64,000 nucleotides of DNA from a virus. The stretch is from positions 41,456-105,455 of the IMG/VR virus record IMGVR_UViG_3300035180_001847; one strand, written 5' to 3'. Position 1 is the first letter of the stretch, and the number at the start of each line of letters is the position of its first letter. Positions 9,041 to 19,537 of the stretch are shown here, piece by piece. The position numbers and the translations under genes were made by a program. The notes under the pieces are model-generated. The model worked only from the letters and a program-made list of their open reading frames with translations. It was not told the origin of the DNA and searched no databases.

Positions 9041-10339
9041 ATGGATCAAAGTTTATACAATATATGTAAAAGAAAAAGTAACGGCGAAGATTCTAGAACT
9101 TGGGAAGAGATTGCAAAAGAAAATGGTATTTCTTCGGGAAAAGTTTTAAAGGATCGCTGGTCTCGCATTAAAAAATCTGGAAATAAAAATTTCATGGGCA
9201 ATAAAGAATCAAATGTGGAAAAAGAAAGCACCACATTTACGGAAACAGATGATGCAATTCATGTTGTTTGTGATTCAAAAAGAATTAAAACAAAAGAAGA
9301 TGTAATCAATTTTTTTAATATTGATACTAATATTTGGAAAATAAAAGAATTCACCGTAAGAACAAGTGAAGGTTATCGTAAAGATCGCAAGGTTGATTGG
9401 AATGTATCCGATGGAGTTGTTGTAAATGGGGATGTAAAAGATAGTGGAAAAATTCTAATCGTTCCAATGATGCATACTGAGACAAAACTTGTTAGACGTG
9501 AAATGAATGATATTTCTTTCAAAGAAATAGACGAGTTTTTTAAAGAATACAAGCCAGTGAATTATGCGAACAACCCCAAAACCAAGCAATATAAAAATAA
9601 TGGTTTGGTTCTTGAAATTGATTTAGCCGATTTGCATGTTGGAAACGAGTCTTTGACATTTGAACAAGTAAGAGAAAGAATTGCCTATTTGATTCAAGAT
9701 ATAAAAGAGAGAACGTCCAATCTCTTGCTTGAAAAAATAATACTTGTTCAATTGGGTGACATTATGCATTTTGACGGAGTTAACAGGACTACAACTGGTG
9801 GAACTCTTGTGACCTACGGCGACAATTTCAAAGATGCTTGGGATAATGCGGTATCTCTACTTATTTGGGTAATTGAACAATTGTCTCAGATAACTAAGGT
9901 AGAAGTAATAAATATTTATGGTAATCATGATAAATCTAGCTCATATACAATTGCCAAAGCCGTTGAAATTGCTTTTAGTAAAAATAAAAATGTTGTAATT
10001 GATGCGAATCATAATATTAGAAAATATAGAGTTATTGGCAAATCTCTTGTTGCATTTATTCATGGTGATATGCCACCCAAAAATATAAAATCCATTATTC
10101 AGCGTGAGGCGCGAAAAGAATTTGGAAATACAGAATACGCGGAAATACATTTGGGGCATTTGCATCATGAACATAGCGTTGAGGCTGATGGGGTCATAAT
10201 GAGGTATTTACCAAGCATTACTGTTCCCGATGATTGGCATGAGGCTAACGGTTTCACTGGTGCAAAACAGGGAACAATGTCATTTTTATGGCATCCTGAA
10301 AAGGGATTAATTGAAACTTGGTTTACGGGGGTTCAATAA
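9041..10339 (+). CDS. Calcineurin-like metallophosphoesterase (YonJ-like)
   Basis: DLHVG, GDIMH, GNHD, HGD and GHLHH motifs; N-terminal HTH-like segment. Confidence 0.85.
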   Translation: MDQSLYNICKRKSNGEDSRTWEEIAKENGISSGKVLKDRWSRIKKSGNKNFMGNKESNVEKESTTFTETDDAIHVVCDSKRIKTKEDVINFFNIDTNIWKIKEFTVRTSEGYRKDRKVDWNVSDGVVVNGDVKDSGKILIVPMMHTETKLVRREMNDISFKEIDEFFKEYKPVNYANNPKTKQYKNNGLVLEIDLADLHVGNESLTFEQVRERIAYLIQDIKERTSNLLLEKIILVQLGDIMHFDGVNRTTTGGTLVTYGDNFKDAWDNAVSLLIWVIEQLSQITKVEVINIYGNHDKSSSYTIAKAVEIAFSKNKNVVIDANHNIRKYRVIGKSLVAFIHGDMPPKNIKSIIQREARKEFGNTEYAEIHLGHLHHEHSVEADGVIMRYLPSITVPDDWHEANGFTGAKQGTMSFLWHPEKGLIETWFTGVQ

Positions 10340-10352
10340 AATAAATTTTTTT

Positions 10353-10454
10353 AACTGACCTGAACATCTAATTATACAACTGGTGACGATGACTGCTATT
10401 CGGCTGTAACGGTATGTGGGCTTGAGTAACCCTAAGTTGTATATGTGGTCAGTT
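10353..10454 (+). ncRNA. Unassigned structured RNA candidate
   Basis: Nested helices AACTGACC/GGTCAGTT and TATACAACT/AGTTGTATA enclosing a GC-richer branched core; followed by a T-run. Strand uncertain. Confidence 0.45.
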
Positions 10455-10579
10455 TTTTATTTAAGGGGGAGGGGGAATTTATTATTATGCATACACCCTA
10501 TAAAAAATATTTTCAATAAATAATTGAAAGAGTATAATTTATATTATATTGAAAGTATGGGTATTTTAAATAAATAAAT

Positions 10580-10653
10580 GCTTTCATAGTTTAATTAGCA
10601 AAGCCATCCTTTGTAACGATGAGTTGGTGGTGCAATTCCACCTGAAAGCTCCA
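10580..10653 (+). tRNA. tRNA-Thr(TGT)
   Basis: GCTTTCA/TGAAAGC acceptor stem; anticodon loop TT-TGT-AA; encoded CCA; terminator follows. Confidence 0.8.
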
Positions 10654-10659
10654 TGATTC

Positions 10660-10686
10660 AAAGACACCTTGCAAGGTGTCTTTTTT
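10660..10686 (+). terminator. Intrinsic terminator
   Basis: AAAGACACCTT-GC-AAGGTGTCTTTTTT. Confidence 0.8.
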
Positions 10687-10828
10687 AATTTAAGGCTATG
10701 GAATATGAATAACAATAATAAAAAATTTTGTATTCATACTTGTTAAATAGCATGTTCCAATTCTATTGATGAACAGAAATAAACTTGTCTAATGGGGCAT
10801 ATATAACAATTGTAATTTAAGTAAAAAA

Positions 10829-10904
<76 letters not shown>

Positions 10905-10948
10905 AAATTAAGATGGTTACTCTTTTCGATAAAGAGGAGGAAAAGAAA

Positions 10949-11950
10949 ATGGGTAAAATAAGGTCTCGCAGATTGAATCAACAAGAACAAGACGAAATCA
11001 TATATTGTCGAAAATGTACTTTACAAAAACCGCCTTCTGAATTTTATGATAGTCCAGATAAATTACTGGATACGAATGGTAAATTGAGCGTGTGTAAATC
11101 TTGCGTTAATGATATTTTCAATGGATTTATGATTTCAACAAATTCTTCTCTATCCGAATCTATAAATAAAACATGCAAGATACTCAATATTTATTATTCT
11201 TCTAAATCTGTGGAATCATTGAAAGCCCACATTGAAACTTTGGGTGATAAAGCACTAGAAAAAAATTTATTTGGAATGTATAAAATTCATTTGGCAAGAT
11301 TTTTAAGTTTAAATCAAGGTATCAATGGAACGTATGAGTTTGATGGCTCTTATGTTCGGCCAAGTGATGAAGATGCGTTGGTAAATGAAAATTCCGAATA
11401 TAAAAAAGAGTTATATAATTTTTGGGGTACTGGTTTGGAATGGGAAGATTATCAATTTCTTGAAAATGAATTGGCACAATGGAAAACCACCCATAAGCAT
11501 GATACTCGTTCAGAATTAATTTTCTTGAGAGAAATAGCCTTTATTTTATTGGATATAAAAAAGGCAAGGGAAAGTGGTCAATCTACTTCGACATTGATGA
11601 AACAATTTCAAGAAACTGTGAAAACCGCTGGACTTGATCCTGCAAACGCATCCGCAATTACGGGGGCGCAAGAGACATTTGGTAATTGGATAAAAGAAAT
11701 TGAAACTAAAACTCCTGCTGAATGGTATGAGAATGATAAATTATTTAAAGATGTTGATAATTTATCTAAATATTGGGAAAATTATGTTACTCGTCCTTTA
11801 AAAAATTTTATTACGGGTTCAAGAGATTTCAATATTTCTGAGGCATCTGAAGAAGGCGAAGATTCTCCCGAATTAGATTTATCATCTGCATCATCAGATG
11901 GTGATTATGGAATAGATATTATCGGAGATTCAAATGACGGCGATAACTAA
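10949..11950 (+). CDS. YonG-like protein, putative terminase small subunit with N-terminal zinc finger
   Basis: CRKC...CKSC; immediately precedes and overlaps terL; start placed at ATG 10949 after GAGGAGG. Confidence 0.65.
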   Translation: MGKIRSRRLNQQEQDEIIYCRKCTLQKPPSEFYDSPDKLLDTNGKLSVCKSCVNDIFNGFMISTNSSLSESINKTCKILNIYYSSKSVESLKAHIETLGDKALEKNLFGMYKIHLARFLSLNQGINGTYEFDGSYVRPSDEDALVNENSEYKKELYNFWGTGLEWEDYQFLENELAQWKTTHKHDTRSELIFLREIAFILLDIKKARESGQSTSTLMKQFQETVKTAGLDPANASAITGAQETFGNWIKEIETKTPAEWYENDKLFKDVDNLSKYWENYVTRPLKNFITGSRDFNISEASEEGEDSPELDLSSASSDGDYGIDIIGDSNDGDN

Positions 11951-13192
11951 TTTCAGAAATAAGCGGGAAATAAATAAATCTAAATCAAGACAAAATAACT
12001 TGTTTTTAGCTCCAAAGAAAATGACGAGAGCAGAAGATATAATTGGTTCAAGAAGAGACAGATTAATTGATTGGATAACTTTTTACAGAAGAAATATGCA
12101 CAGATTCGTGCAACATTATTTAGGAATAAAACTGCATCCATATCAGATTATATGGATTTATATGATGTCCATTTCGGATTCTTTTGTGGCAATATGCAGT
12201 CGCGCAGCAGCTAAAACTTGGTTATTGGGGGTTTTTAGTGTTGCAAAAGCCATATTGTATCCAGGTTCTGAAATTGTGGTTGTAGCTTTAACAAAAGAAC
12301 AGGCTGGGAAGATTATTACCGAAAAAATAAAACCGCTTGCGAATCGCTATCCTATGGTTGCAAGAGAAATATCTGAAATTAGAACGAGTTTAAATTTATA
12401 TGAATGTCAATTTCATAATGGGAGTGTGATTAGAGTTGTTCCAAGCAGAGATTCGGCTCGTGGTGGAAGGGCATCCATGCTTATCATGGAAGAGTTTAGA
12501 TTGATTTCAAAAGATATTTTGGATTCCGTTATTCGACCTTATTTAGTTGTTAGGCAAGCACCCTATTTAAAAATAGATAAATATAGTCATTTAATTGAAG
12601 AACCAAGAGAAGTATTTATTTCTTCTGCTTATCATAAATCAGAATGGTGGTACAAAGAAAGTTTATCAACGATAAAAGCGATGTTGAAAGGCGATAACGC
12701 TAATTTTTTTGCAACCGATTTAATGGTGGCCATTAAGCATGGTATAAAAACCGTGAAGCAAATTAAACGTGAAAAAACCAAAATGGATGAAGTTACCTAT
12801 CAAGAAGAATATTTGAATATTCCATTTGGTGAAAGCGGAGATTCGTATTATAAATTAGGTATGTTTACGAAACTTAGGGATTTAAAAAAGGGTTTTTATC
12901 CGCAAAAGGCTGATACATATAACGCTAAAAAAAATCCTTATGCTATTTTAAAAATTGATGATGAAATTAGATTAGTGTCGGTGGATGTTGCAACTCGCGC
13001 CGGAAAAACAAATGACTTAACGATTATAAGTTGCATTAGACTTTTACCAACATCTCATGGTTATCATAGAGAAGTTTGTTATATTGAAAGTTTTTCTGGA
13101 AAAAATACAATTGAGCAAGGTTTACGAATCAAACAAATTTTCTATGATTTTGAAGGGGATAATATCGTACTCGATATTCAAAATGCAGGGAT
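11934..13192 (+). CDS. terL: Terminase large subunit, exon 1 (ATPase domain and start of nuclease domain)
   Basis: LHPYQ, Walker A-like SRAAAKT, ARGGR, Walker B LIMEE, nuclease VSVDVA. Confidence 0.9.
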
Positions 13193-13531
13193 GAAAATAG
13201 TTGTCCTCCCCATTAGTGATTTTGGGGTAATTAATTTGCGGAATTAAGCGGGAAGCCTGAAATGGTAATCCGAACCGAAGATTGAATTTAAAATTTCAAT
13301 CAGGGGCAGAGCATAGTCTTGAAACTATCATTATATTGAAAATATTATTACGATAGATATATAATAGACCAAGAGGCCGCAATATCTTTTTGAGAAAATG
13401 GTATTTGTGGTGAAAAATGATGATTCCAATTAATCATTAAAATTTCTTAAAAAGATAAAAAGATATGCCGAACTAATAGGAAACGAACTATTAGAACATG
13501 CTGATAAAAAACAGTGTGGATAACAAATTTG
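13193..13531 (+). ncRNA. Group I intron without internal ORF (339 nt) in terL
   Basis: P1 GGGAU/GUCCU with U-G at the 5' splice site; core-like segments AAGCGGGAAGCC...AATCCGAACCGAAG, GGGCAGAGCATAG, AAGATATGCCGAAC; terminal G at 13531; P10 AAAATAG/CTATTTT; splicing restores the frame (NAGI-SILDQLG). Confidence 0.88.
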
Positions 13532-14087
13532 TTCTATTTTAGACCAGTTGGGCGTTGTCACAAAAGACGATGAGCGCGGAATTGAATATCCTGCTATGAC
13601 GGTTATGCAACATGAATCGATTGAAGAAAAAGTTTATCTTGAATTAGTGGCAAGAACGCTTGGCGCAAATGCCCTTCCAATTATTTATCCTATATCCGCC
13701 ACTGGAAATCTTAATAGCAATATTGCTGTTGATTTTAGAGATAAATTGAAGAAAAAAATGTTTTCTTTTCTTTTGGATGAGACTGCTGCTGAAGATTTTT
13801 TGTTGAAACATAATAAAGAAGTCATGGTTGCAAATGATGAACTTGCTTTAAAGGCTTTTTTTATGAATCCTTATATTCAAACAACATTGCTCATCAATGA
13901 ATGTATAAATTTATCGATGAGTATTATTTCAGGTAATATCAAATTAAAAGAACGATCTGGTGGTCGTAAAGATAGATATACATCCGTGAGTTATGCAAAT
14001 TATTTTGCTAGTTTTTTGGATAAGGATATAATGAGAGAAGAAGGCAATCATGATGATGATTTATTGAATAGCGTCGTGGTTTTATAG
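13532..14087 (+). CDS. terL: Terminase large subunit, exon 2 (spliced product 604 aa)
   Basis: In frame after intron removal; RKDRYTS nuclease C-terminal motif. Confidence 0.88.
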
Positions 14088-14141
14088 TGAATATGATAAT
14101 AAATATAATAAAATTTAGTTGAAGGAGGTAAAATACTAAAT

Positions 14142-15746
14142 ATGGCTAGAACAAAAAAGGCTTCATCTCCTTCTAAGAAAGATGAAAAAAATGATGATGG
14201 GTTAATTTCGGCTGAAGATGTGTGGGATGTTTTGAAATTTGCGTCGAATTTATATGGTGGTGTGATTCCTCAATATGGAATTTCCGGTGTTTATAATCCA
14301 ATGTTGACGAATGACATTATGAAAAATATGACGCTTCATCCACAGGCTGTAACATCCGATCAGGTTGACAAGGCTTTAGCAGACCCGAAGAACAATGAGC
14401 AAAATTTAATTGGATACAGCGAATTCTTCGAGTTGTCAAATATGCTTTATAAGCGGATTTTATATTATTTATCTGGCATGTTATCATTTGATTTGACATA
14501 TGTTTGTATAAATGCAGAACCAGATGATTATAAGACAACAAGATATAAAGGTGATTTACAAATAGTTCAAGATTTTCTTGATAAATTTGATGTAAAAAAA
14601 GAATTTAAAACCATTCTTCGTCAAATGCTCAGACAAGAGGCCTATTTTGGAATTCTGCGTGATGATGGAGAAAAATACGTCATGCAAGAAATTGATGAGA
14701 GCTACTGTTTAATTACGGGAAGATTTGATTACGGGCTTTTGTTTGATTATAATGCCATTCAAATGCTCAATCCTGGTTTTGACATCGATTTTTATCCAGA
14801 AATTTTCAAGACATTTTATGATAAAATTTTTAGAGATGGAAATAGCGCAAATTTATATAATCCCGCTGCATCTGTTATGAATAGAGATAAAAATTGGGTG
14901 TACTGGATACAGACGAGTCCCGAACAAGGGTTTGCTTGTTTTAAATTCAATGAAGAAATTGGTACTAGAGTTCCTTTCTTTGCGCCTCTGTTTCCAGATG
15001 TGGTCAATGGAAATCTTATCCGCAAACTTCAAACAAATTCTTATATAAGTGAAGCAAGTAAAATACTTGTTGGAAAGATTCCAATGATAAATAATCCTAA
15101 GGGTGCTGGTGTACGCGATAGTTTGGCTATCTCTCCAGAACTACTTGGCAAGTTCTTGGCATTATTGAAAGCGGGATTGGCAGAAACAGTTCGCGTCGCT
15201 GGAAGTCCGCTGGAGAATATGCAAGGAGTAGAATTTACAAGCAGGGATTATTACCAGCAATATTTAAAAACAACTGGTTCTGCATCTGGAATAGATTCGA
15301 GATTGATTTTTACCATAGATAAGCCTACTCAAATGGAATCGCAGCTTAGTACAAATGTTGATGAGTATTTAATTGGACACGTTTATAATTATTTCAATGA
15401 CTTTCTTAATTATCATATAAATAAAAGAACTAAAAAATATAAATTTAGATTCTTTTTTGAAGGTACGAATTTATTTACAAATCGGGCGGAAAGATTGGAT
15501 ACTCAATTGAAATTGATGCCCTTTGGAATAGTTAATTATCAAAAAATAGCTTCTGCCATTGGTCAATTACCCCATCATTTCCTGAAGCAGTTGCAGGAAA
15601 CAAGGGCGATTGGATTTGTGGATATGTTGACACCAATTCAAACTTCTGCCACATTGAGCAGTAATTATGGCGGTGCGCCTAAAAAATCGGCTGGTGATTT
15701 ATCGGATTCTGGGGCGCAAGCAAGAGATGATTCTGGGAATTATTAA
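14142..15746 (+). CDS. Portal protein (YonE-like)
   Basis: 534 aa directly after terL; C-terminal GGAPKK...D motif typical of portals. Confidence 0.8.
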   Translation: MARTKKASSPSKKDEKNDDGLISAEDVWDVLKFASNLYGGVIPQYGISGVYNPMLTNDIMKNMTLHPQAVTSDQVDKALADPKNNEQNLIGYSEFFELSNMLYKRILYYLSGMLSFDLTYVCINAEPDDYKTTRYKGDLQIVQDFLDKFDVKKEFKTILRQMLRQEAYFGILRDDGEKYVMQEIDESYCLITGRFDYGLLFDYNAIQMLNPGFDIDFYPEIFKTFYDKIFRDGNSANLYNPAASVMNRDKNWVYWIQTSPEQGFACFKFNEEIGTRVPFFAPLFPDVVNGNLIRKLQTNSYISEASKILVGKIPMINNPKGAGVRDSLAISPELLGKFLALLKAGLAETVRVAGSPLENMQGVEFTSRDYYQQYLKTTGSASGIDSRLIFTIDKPTQMESQLSTNVDEYLIGHVYNYFNDFLNYHINKRTKKYKFRFFFEGTNLFTNRAERLDTQLKLMPFGIVNYQKIASAIGQLPHHFLKQLQETRAIGFVDMLTPIQTSATLSSNYGGAPKKSAGDLSDSGAQARDDSGNY

Positions 15747-15941
15747 AACTTATTTTCAACAAAATAAAAGTTTTCTTGTGAGACTGTCTTGAATTGTTTC
15801 ATAAATTTTATAAAATAAATTTATCGGATAATATTTATGTTAGCCTCTTCATAAGGAAATTGTTTTTAGAATAAAAATAGTTCAAAAAATAGTGGTTCTT
15901 TTTTTGAAAATATTGAAATATTTAAGATAAGGAGGTGAATC

Positions 15942-16466
15942 ATGTCCTATAACGGTTCAAGACCCTTGATTTCAGATGATGTCAATAACAAGTTGAATTT
16001 GATAGTTCAAAAATTATTCATAGGCAATAGAATAATGGATAGGGGTATGAGTGTCATAGGTGTTAAATATCTGATGAATCATACTGTTGATATTATACAT
16101 CCTCTTATAGCTCATCGATACCCATTAATGGCAGATTTGATTTCTGGTTATCAAGAAGCAAGAAATTGTTTGACTGTTTATGGTGATGTACCAACGGATG
16201 ATACAGAATACAATTCTGTCCCAGAATTTTTTGACAGAATGGTTGAATATCAAATTGATTTGGAGAATTTGGTTTATCAGGTTTGTGAATTCGCTCAAGA
16301 AGAAAATGATTATATGACCAAAGTGTTTCTTGATAAATTTATGCTCGATTTAATTCCGTTGACTAAACAATTATTGTTGTTATCTGATAAGGCAAATATG
16401 TATTCTGATAAATGTGAAGATTTTGATGCAAGAATAGAACAATTTATAATATTGGAATCTTTATAA
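15942..16466 (+). CDS. Ferritin-like four-helix protein
   Basis: LISDDVNNKLN start and AQEENDYMTKVFL match ferritin helix A and C/D patterns; ferroxidase ExxH not seen. Confidence 0.6.
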   Translation: MSYNGSRPLISDDVNNKLNLIVQKLFIGNRIMDRGMSVIGVKYLMNHTVDIIHPLIAHRYPLMADLISGYQEARNCLTVYGDVPTDDTEYNSVPEFFDRMVEYQIDLENLVYQVCEFAQEENDYMTKVFLDKFMLDLIPLTKQLLLLSDKANMYSDKCEDFDARIEQFIILESL

Positions 16467-16630
16467 ATCTTGATTGAGTTCAAATGAGGGAATGCACCAG
16501 ATTAATTACTAGATTGATAAGACAATCAAAAATATTTTTCTATCTGTCTTGTTTATGTTTGGAGTGTTTTTTGATTTATTATTGTAAAGTTTGTTTTAAG
16601 TAAAGAGATAAAAACAAGGAGATAAACATT

Positions 16631-16852
16631 ATGTTGATAAAAAACGCAGATGAAATGGCGGAAACATTTTCTTGCGGTCAATTGCTGGGGAAGTGGCTTC
16701 ACCATGACATGAATATTCCAGTATTGTCAATAGAAGAACCAAGAGATTATGAAACGGAAACAAGATATATTTTTTCAAACACAGACCTTTTAAAAGAAGC
16801 TCTAAATAAAAAGCCTTTTTGGATAAAATTGGCAAATATTTTTGTAAACTAA
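16631..16852 (+). CDS. Hypothetical protein
   Basis: AAGGAG RBS; within the head operon. Confidence 0.6.
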   Translation: MLIKNADEMAETFSCGQLLGKWLHHDMNIPVLSIEEPRDYETETRYIFSNTDLLKEALNKKPFWIKLANIFVN

Positions 16853-16866
16853 GGAGGTGAATATAA

Positions 16867-18861
16867 TTGAATGATAAAATTACATTCGCCATAGATAAAT
16901 ACCAGCTTCTTAGCGATTCAGAAAATGAGCAACTTGCTAAACTTAAACTTTTTATCTGTCGTGAAGGAAATAACCTGCATAATTTACCTATATCATGGGA
17001 TACGATTATTGCAGCGAAAAATTCACTGGTGGGAAAACCGATTCTAACAAATTATATTCCATACAAAGATGACTTTGGAAGTCACGATCCTCAGGAAAGC
17101 CCAGTGGGATGTTTCATAAATGAAAATGATATTTCCGAAGAAAAAGATGAATATGGTAATAAGTGGTTGACAAGCATTGGTTATATATGGAAAGGATATT
17201 TTCCCCAAGTATATGATGTTCTAAGAAAAAGAGACAATAAAAAAGAAAATTCACCCGTTTCAATGGAAATAGTTGTGTTAGATGGCGATAAAAATGATGA
17301 TGGAATGTTTAACAGTGTTTCATTATTTAGTTTTATGGGCGTGACACTTCTGGGTTCTAAAGTTCAACCCGCCATTCCAAATGCCAGAGCAACATTGAAT
17401 TTTACGATGATGTTAGAACAAACCAAACAGCTTCTTCAATATTCATATAATCATATTGATTTTCAGATACCGTCCAATGTAAAATCTAATGCTCAAAAAG
17501 GTTTAGATTTATATTTTGAAAATAAAAGGGGCGGAAATTCATTTAATTTAAGCATGGCTCGTTATCTATCTAAAAATAAGATGATAGAACCAGATAAAGT
17601 TAAAAAGCTCCATCGGGCACTACTATCCAAATCCAAACAAGACCTTGCCAAAGATGGGAATAATTATATTTCATTTATGTTGCTTGGTGGGAAAGCTGGA
17701 TTGGATTGGTGCAATGGTTTAATAAATGATATGAGTAAGACTGATAATCAGAAATCGTCTTACTTTGCGGAGGATGAATATATGAGCACTAATGAATATG
17801 GAAAAGGCGAAGCTATTAAAGTTGATAAATCATTTAAGGCAATGGATATTAATTCATGGGGAAATGTGGATAAAACTTCTTTGAGAAACAAGGTTTTAAA
17901 TGCGAGTAATTATAAAACATTGGTAAATGATGTTTATGCTTTAGTGGAATCTGGATGGGAAGATGCTCCCAGTGAACATCTCAAATATCCAATCATGGTT
18001 ATTAAAAACGGTGTTGCTGTTTATAATAGATATGGTCTTTCTGCGGCATTGCAACGCGCAGAGGGTCAAAATGAAAGTGATGTTGTTTCAAAAATTAATG
18101 GTATTTATAAGTCATTAGGATTGGACAACGAAAATAAAAGCAAGGAGGAAAAAAGTTCAATGGCAAAAAAAATGAAAGAAGGTTCTTCCGAAGAAGAAAA
18201 ACAAGAATCGCCTGAGGAAGAAAAGAAAGAGGATATGGCGACTGAAGGTTCTAAGGCAGAAGAAGAACAAGAAACCGCATCCGAAGAAAAAGGGGAGCAA
18301 GAACAAGGTAGGGGTGATAAGTCTGATTCCGAAAAGAAAATGGCTAAGTCTAAGAAATCTGCTGAAGGTTCTCCTGAAGAAGAAAAACAAGAATTTCAAT
18401 TGGAAGATGACAAAGAAGATGCAAAAATGTCTCTCGATGACTATGCCGATGTTGGAGCAATGATGGCTATGCTTGGTATGGAGACTGAACAGAATCGTTC
18501 TCTTGCAAAAGAATTGGTTTCTCCTGAAATGGGAAATTTGTTTGCCGAGGTTTTTGCTAAGGTAAAAGAATTAGCTGAATTCAAAGCGGATATTGAAAAA
18601 GAGAAAATGGCTTATGAAGTTGAAAAAACCATGAGTGAAGTTGAATTGCCTGCAACCAAGAAAGAAGAACTTAAGACTGAAGCATCAAAATTTTCTTTGG
18701 GGAATATTGATATTTGGAAAAACAAGGTCAAAGCCGAGGCCTATGAATTTTCAAAAATCAATAAAATGGAAAAGGTAAAAGACAATATCAAAAGATATGC
18801 CCTTCCTTTTAACGTGAAAGCCGAAAAGAAAAATGATTCTTTATGGCAAGGCAATGGTTAA
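16867..18861 (+). CDS. Prohead protease/scaffold fusion (YonD-like) with inserted domains
   Basis: N-terminal NLHN...KPIL...H...PVG...G.IWK...SMEI...GVTLLG...PA protease-like pattern; acidic repeats and coiled-coil scaffold at the C-terminus. Confidence 0.75.
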   Translation: MNDKITFAIDKYQLLSDSENEQLAKLKLFICREGNNLHNLPISWDTIIAAKNSLVGKPILTNYIPYKDDFGSHDPQESPVGCFINENDISEEKDEYGNKWLTSIGYIWKGYFPQVYDVLRKRDNKKENSPVSMEIVVLDGDKNDDGMFNSVSLFSFMGVTLLGSKVQPAIPNARATLNFTMMLEQTKQLLQYSYNHIDFQIPSNVKSNAQKGLDLYFENKRGGNSFNLSMARYLSKNKMIEPDKVKKLHRALLSKSKQDLAKDGNNYISFMLLGGKAGLDWCNGLINDMSKTDNQKSSYFAEDEYMSTNEYGKGEAIKVDKSFKAMDINSWGNVDKTSLRNKVLNASNYKTLVNDVYALVESGWEDAPSEHLKYPIMVIKNGVAVYNRYGLSAALQRAEGQNESDVVSKINGIYKSLGLDNENKSKEEKSSMAKKMKEGSSEEEKQESPEEEKKEDMATEGSKAEEEQETASEEKGEQEQGRGDKSDSEKKMAKSKKSAEGSPEEEKQEFQLEDDKEDAKMSLDDYADVGAMMAMLGMETEQNRSLAKELVSPEMGNLFAEVFAKVKELAEFKADIEKEKMAYEVEKTMSEVELPATKKEELKTEASKFSLGNIDIWKNKVKAEAYEFSKINKMEKVKDNIKRYALPFNVKAEKKNDSLWQGNG

Positions 18862-18941
18862 TAATTAAATAAAACTATTGTGATTTTACCATCACAATTT
18901 ATTTTTAAATATATAGAAAAGATAATGGAGGATTTTTAAAC

Positions 18942-19487
18942 ATGAGTCATGGAATTTTAGTACAAGATGCTGTGCAAGCAATGAATATCGATGCGCTTAA
19001 TCGTAGTGCTGTAGCGGCTGTTGATTTAGATAGGGGCAATGTGTTTGCGCTTGATGCACAATCTGCGGTTGCCGGACAAACTGAAGCATGGACAGTCGTG
19101 CAACCTGCTACTGGAGCGCACTTAACTCATCTTTGGATGTGTTCACAACCAGAAGATGTTGTAGTATATAGTGGTTCAAATGCTTATAAGGGACTTAATC
19201 CAGACCCTCGCAACTTTTATGTTAAGAGTGGTTTAGTGTTTACGGCTTTCCAACCTCAAATTGGAGATGTGATTGAATTGAGTGCCGATGCACTTGGAAC
19301 TGGTTCAGGAGTTGCATCTGCTTACGCCGTTGCCGTTAATGGTAGTTATCAATTGACTTGGGCTACCGCCCCAATTTCTGGTTTGACACTTACCTATTTG
19401 TCAACATCTTACGTTTCTATTGCTGATGGTTCTATTGGCACTCAGCGTGTTACAATGTACAAATTTGCTGTTGCGGCTTTAGCATAA
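18942..19487 (+). CDS. Head decoration/capsid-associated protein (YonC-like)
   Basis: Position between scaffold and capsid genes; beta-rich. Confidence 0.6.
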   Translation: MSHGILVQDAVQAMNIDALNRSAVAAVDLDRGNVFALDAQSAVAGQTEAWTVVQPATGAHLTHLWMCSQPEDVVVYSGSNAYKGLNPDPRNFYVKSGLVFTAFQPQIGDVIELSADALGTGSGVASAYAVAVNGSYQLTWATAPISGLTLTYLSTSYVSIADGSIGTQRVTMYKFAVAALA

Positions 19488-19537
19488 TAATCCTTTGGGG
19501 TTATAAAATAAAATAGAATATTGGAGGATTAAATTAA

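Noticed and set aside
13193-13247. C-terminal tail (M)KIVVLPISDFGVINLRN of ORF 11934-13247 and the TTG start at 13548
   Set aside because: The tail is intron read-through and the TTG is an internal Leu codon of exon 2.
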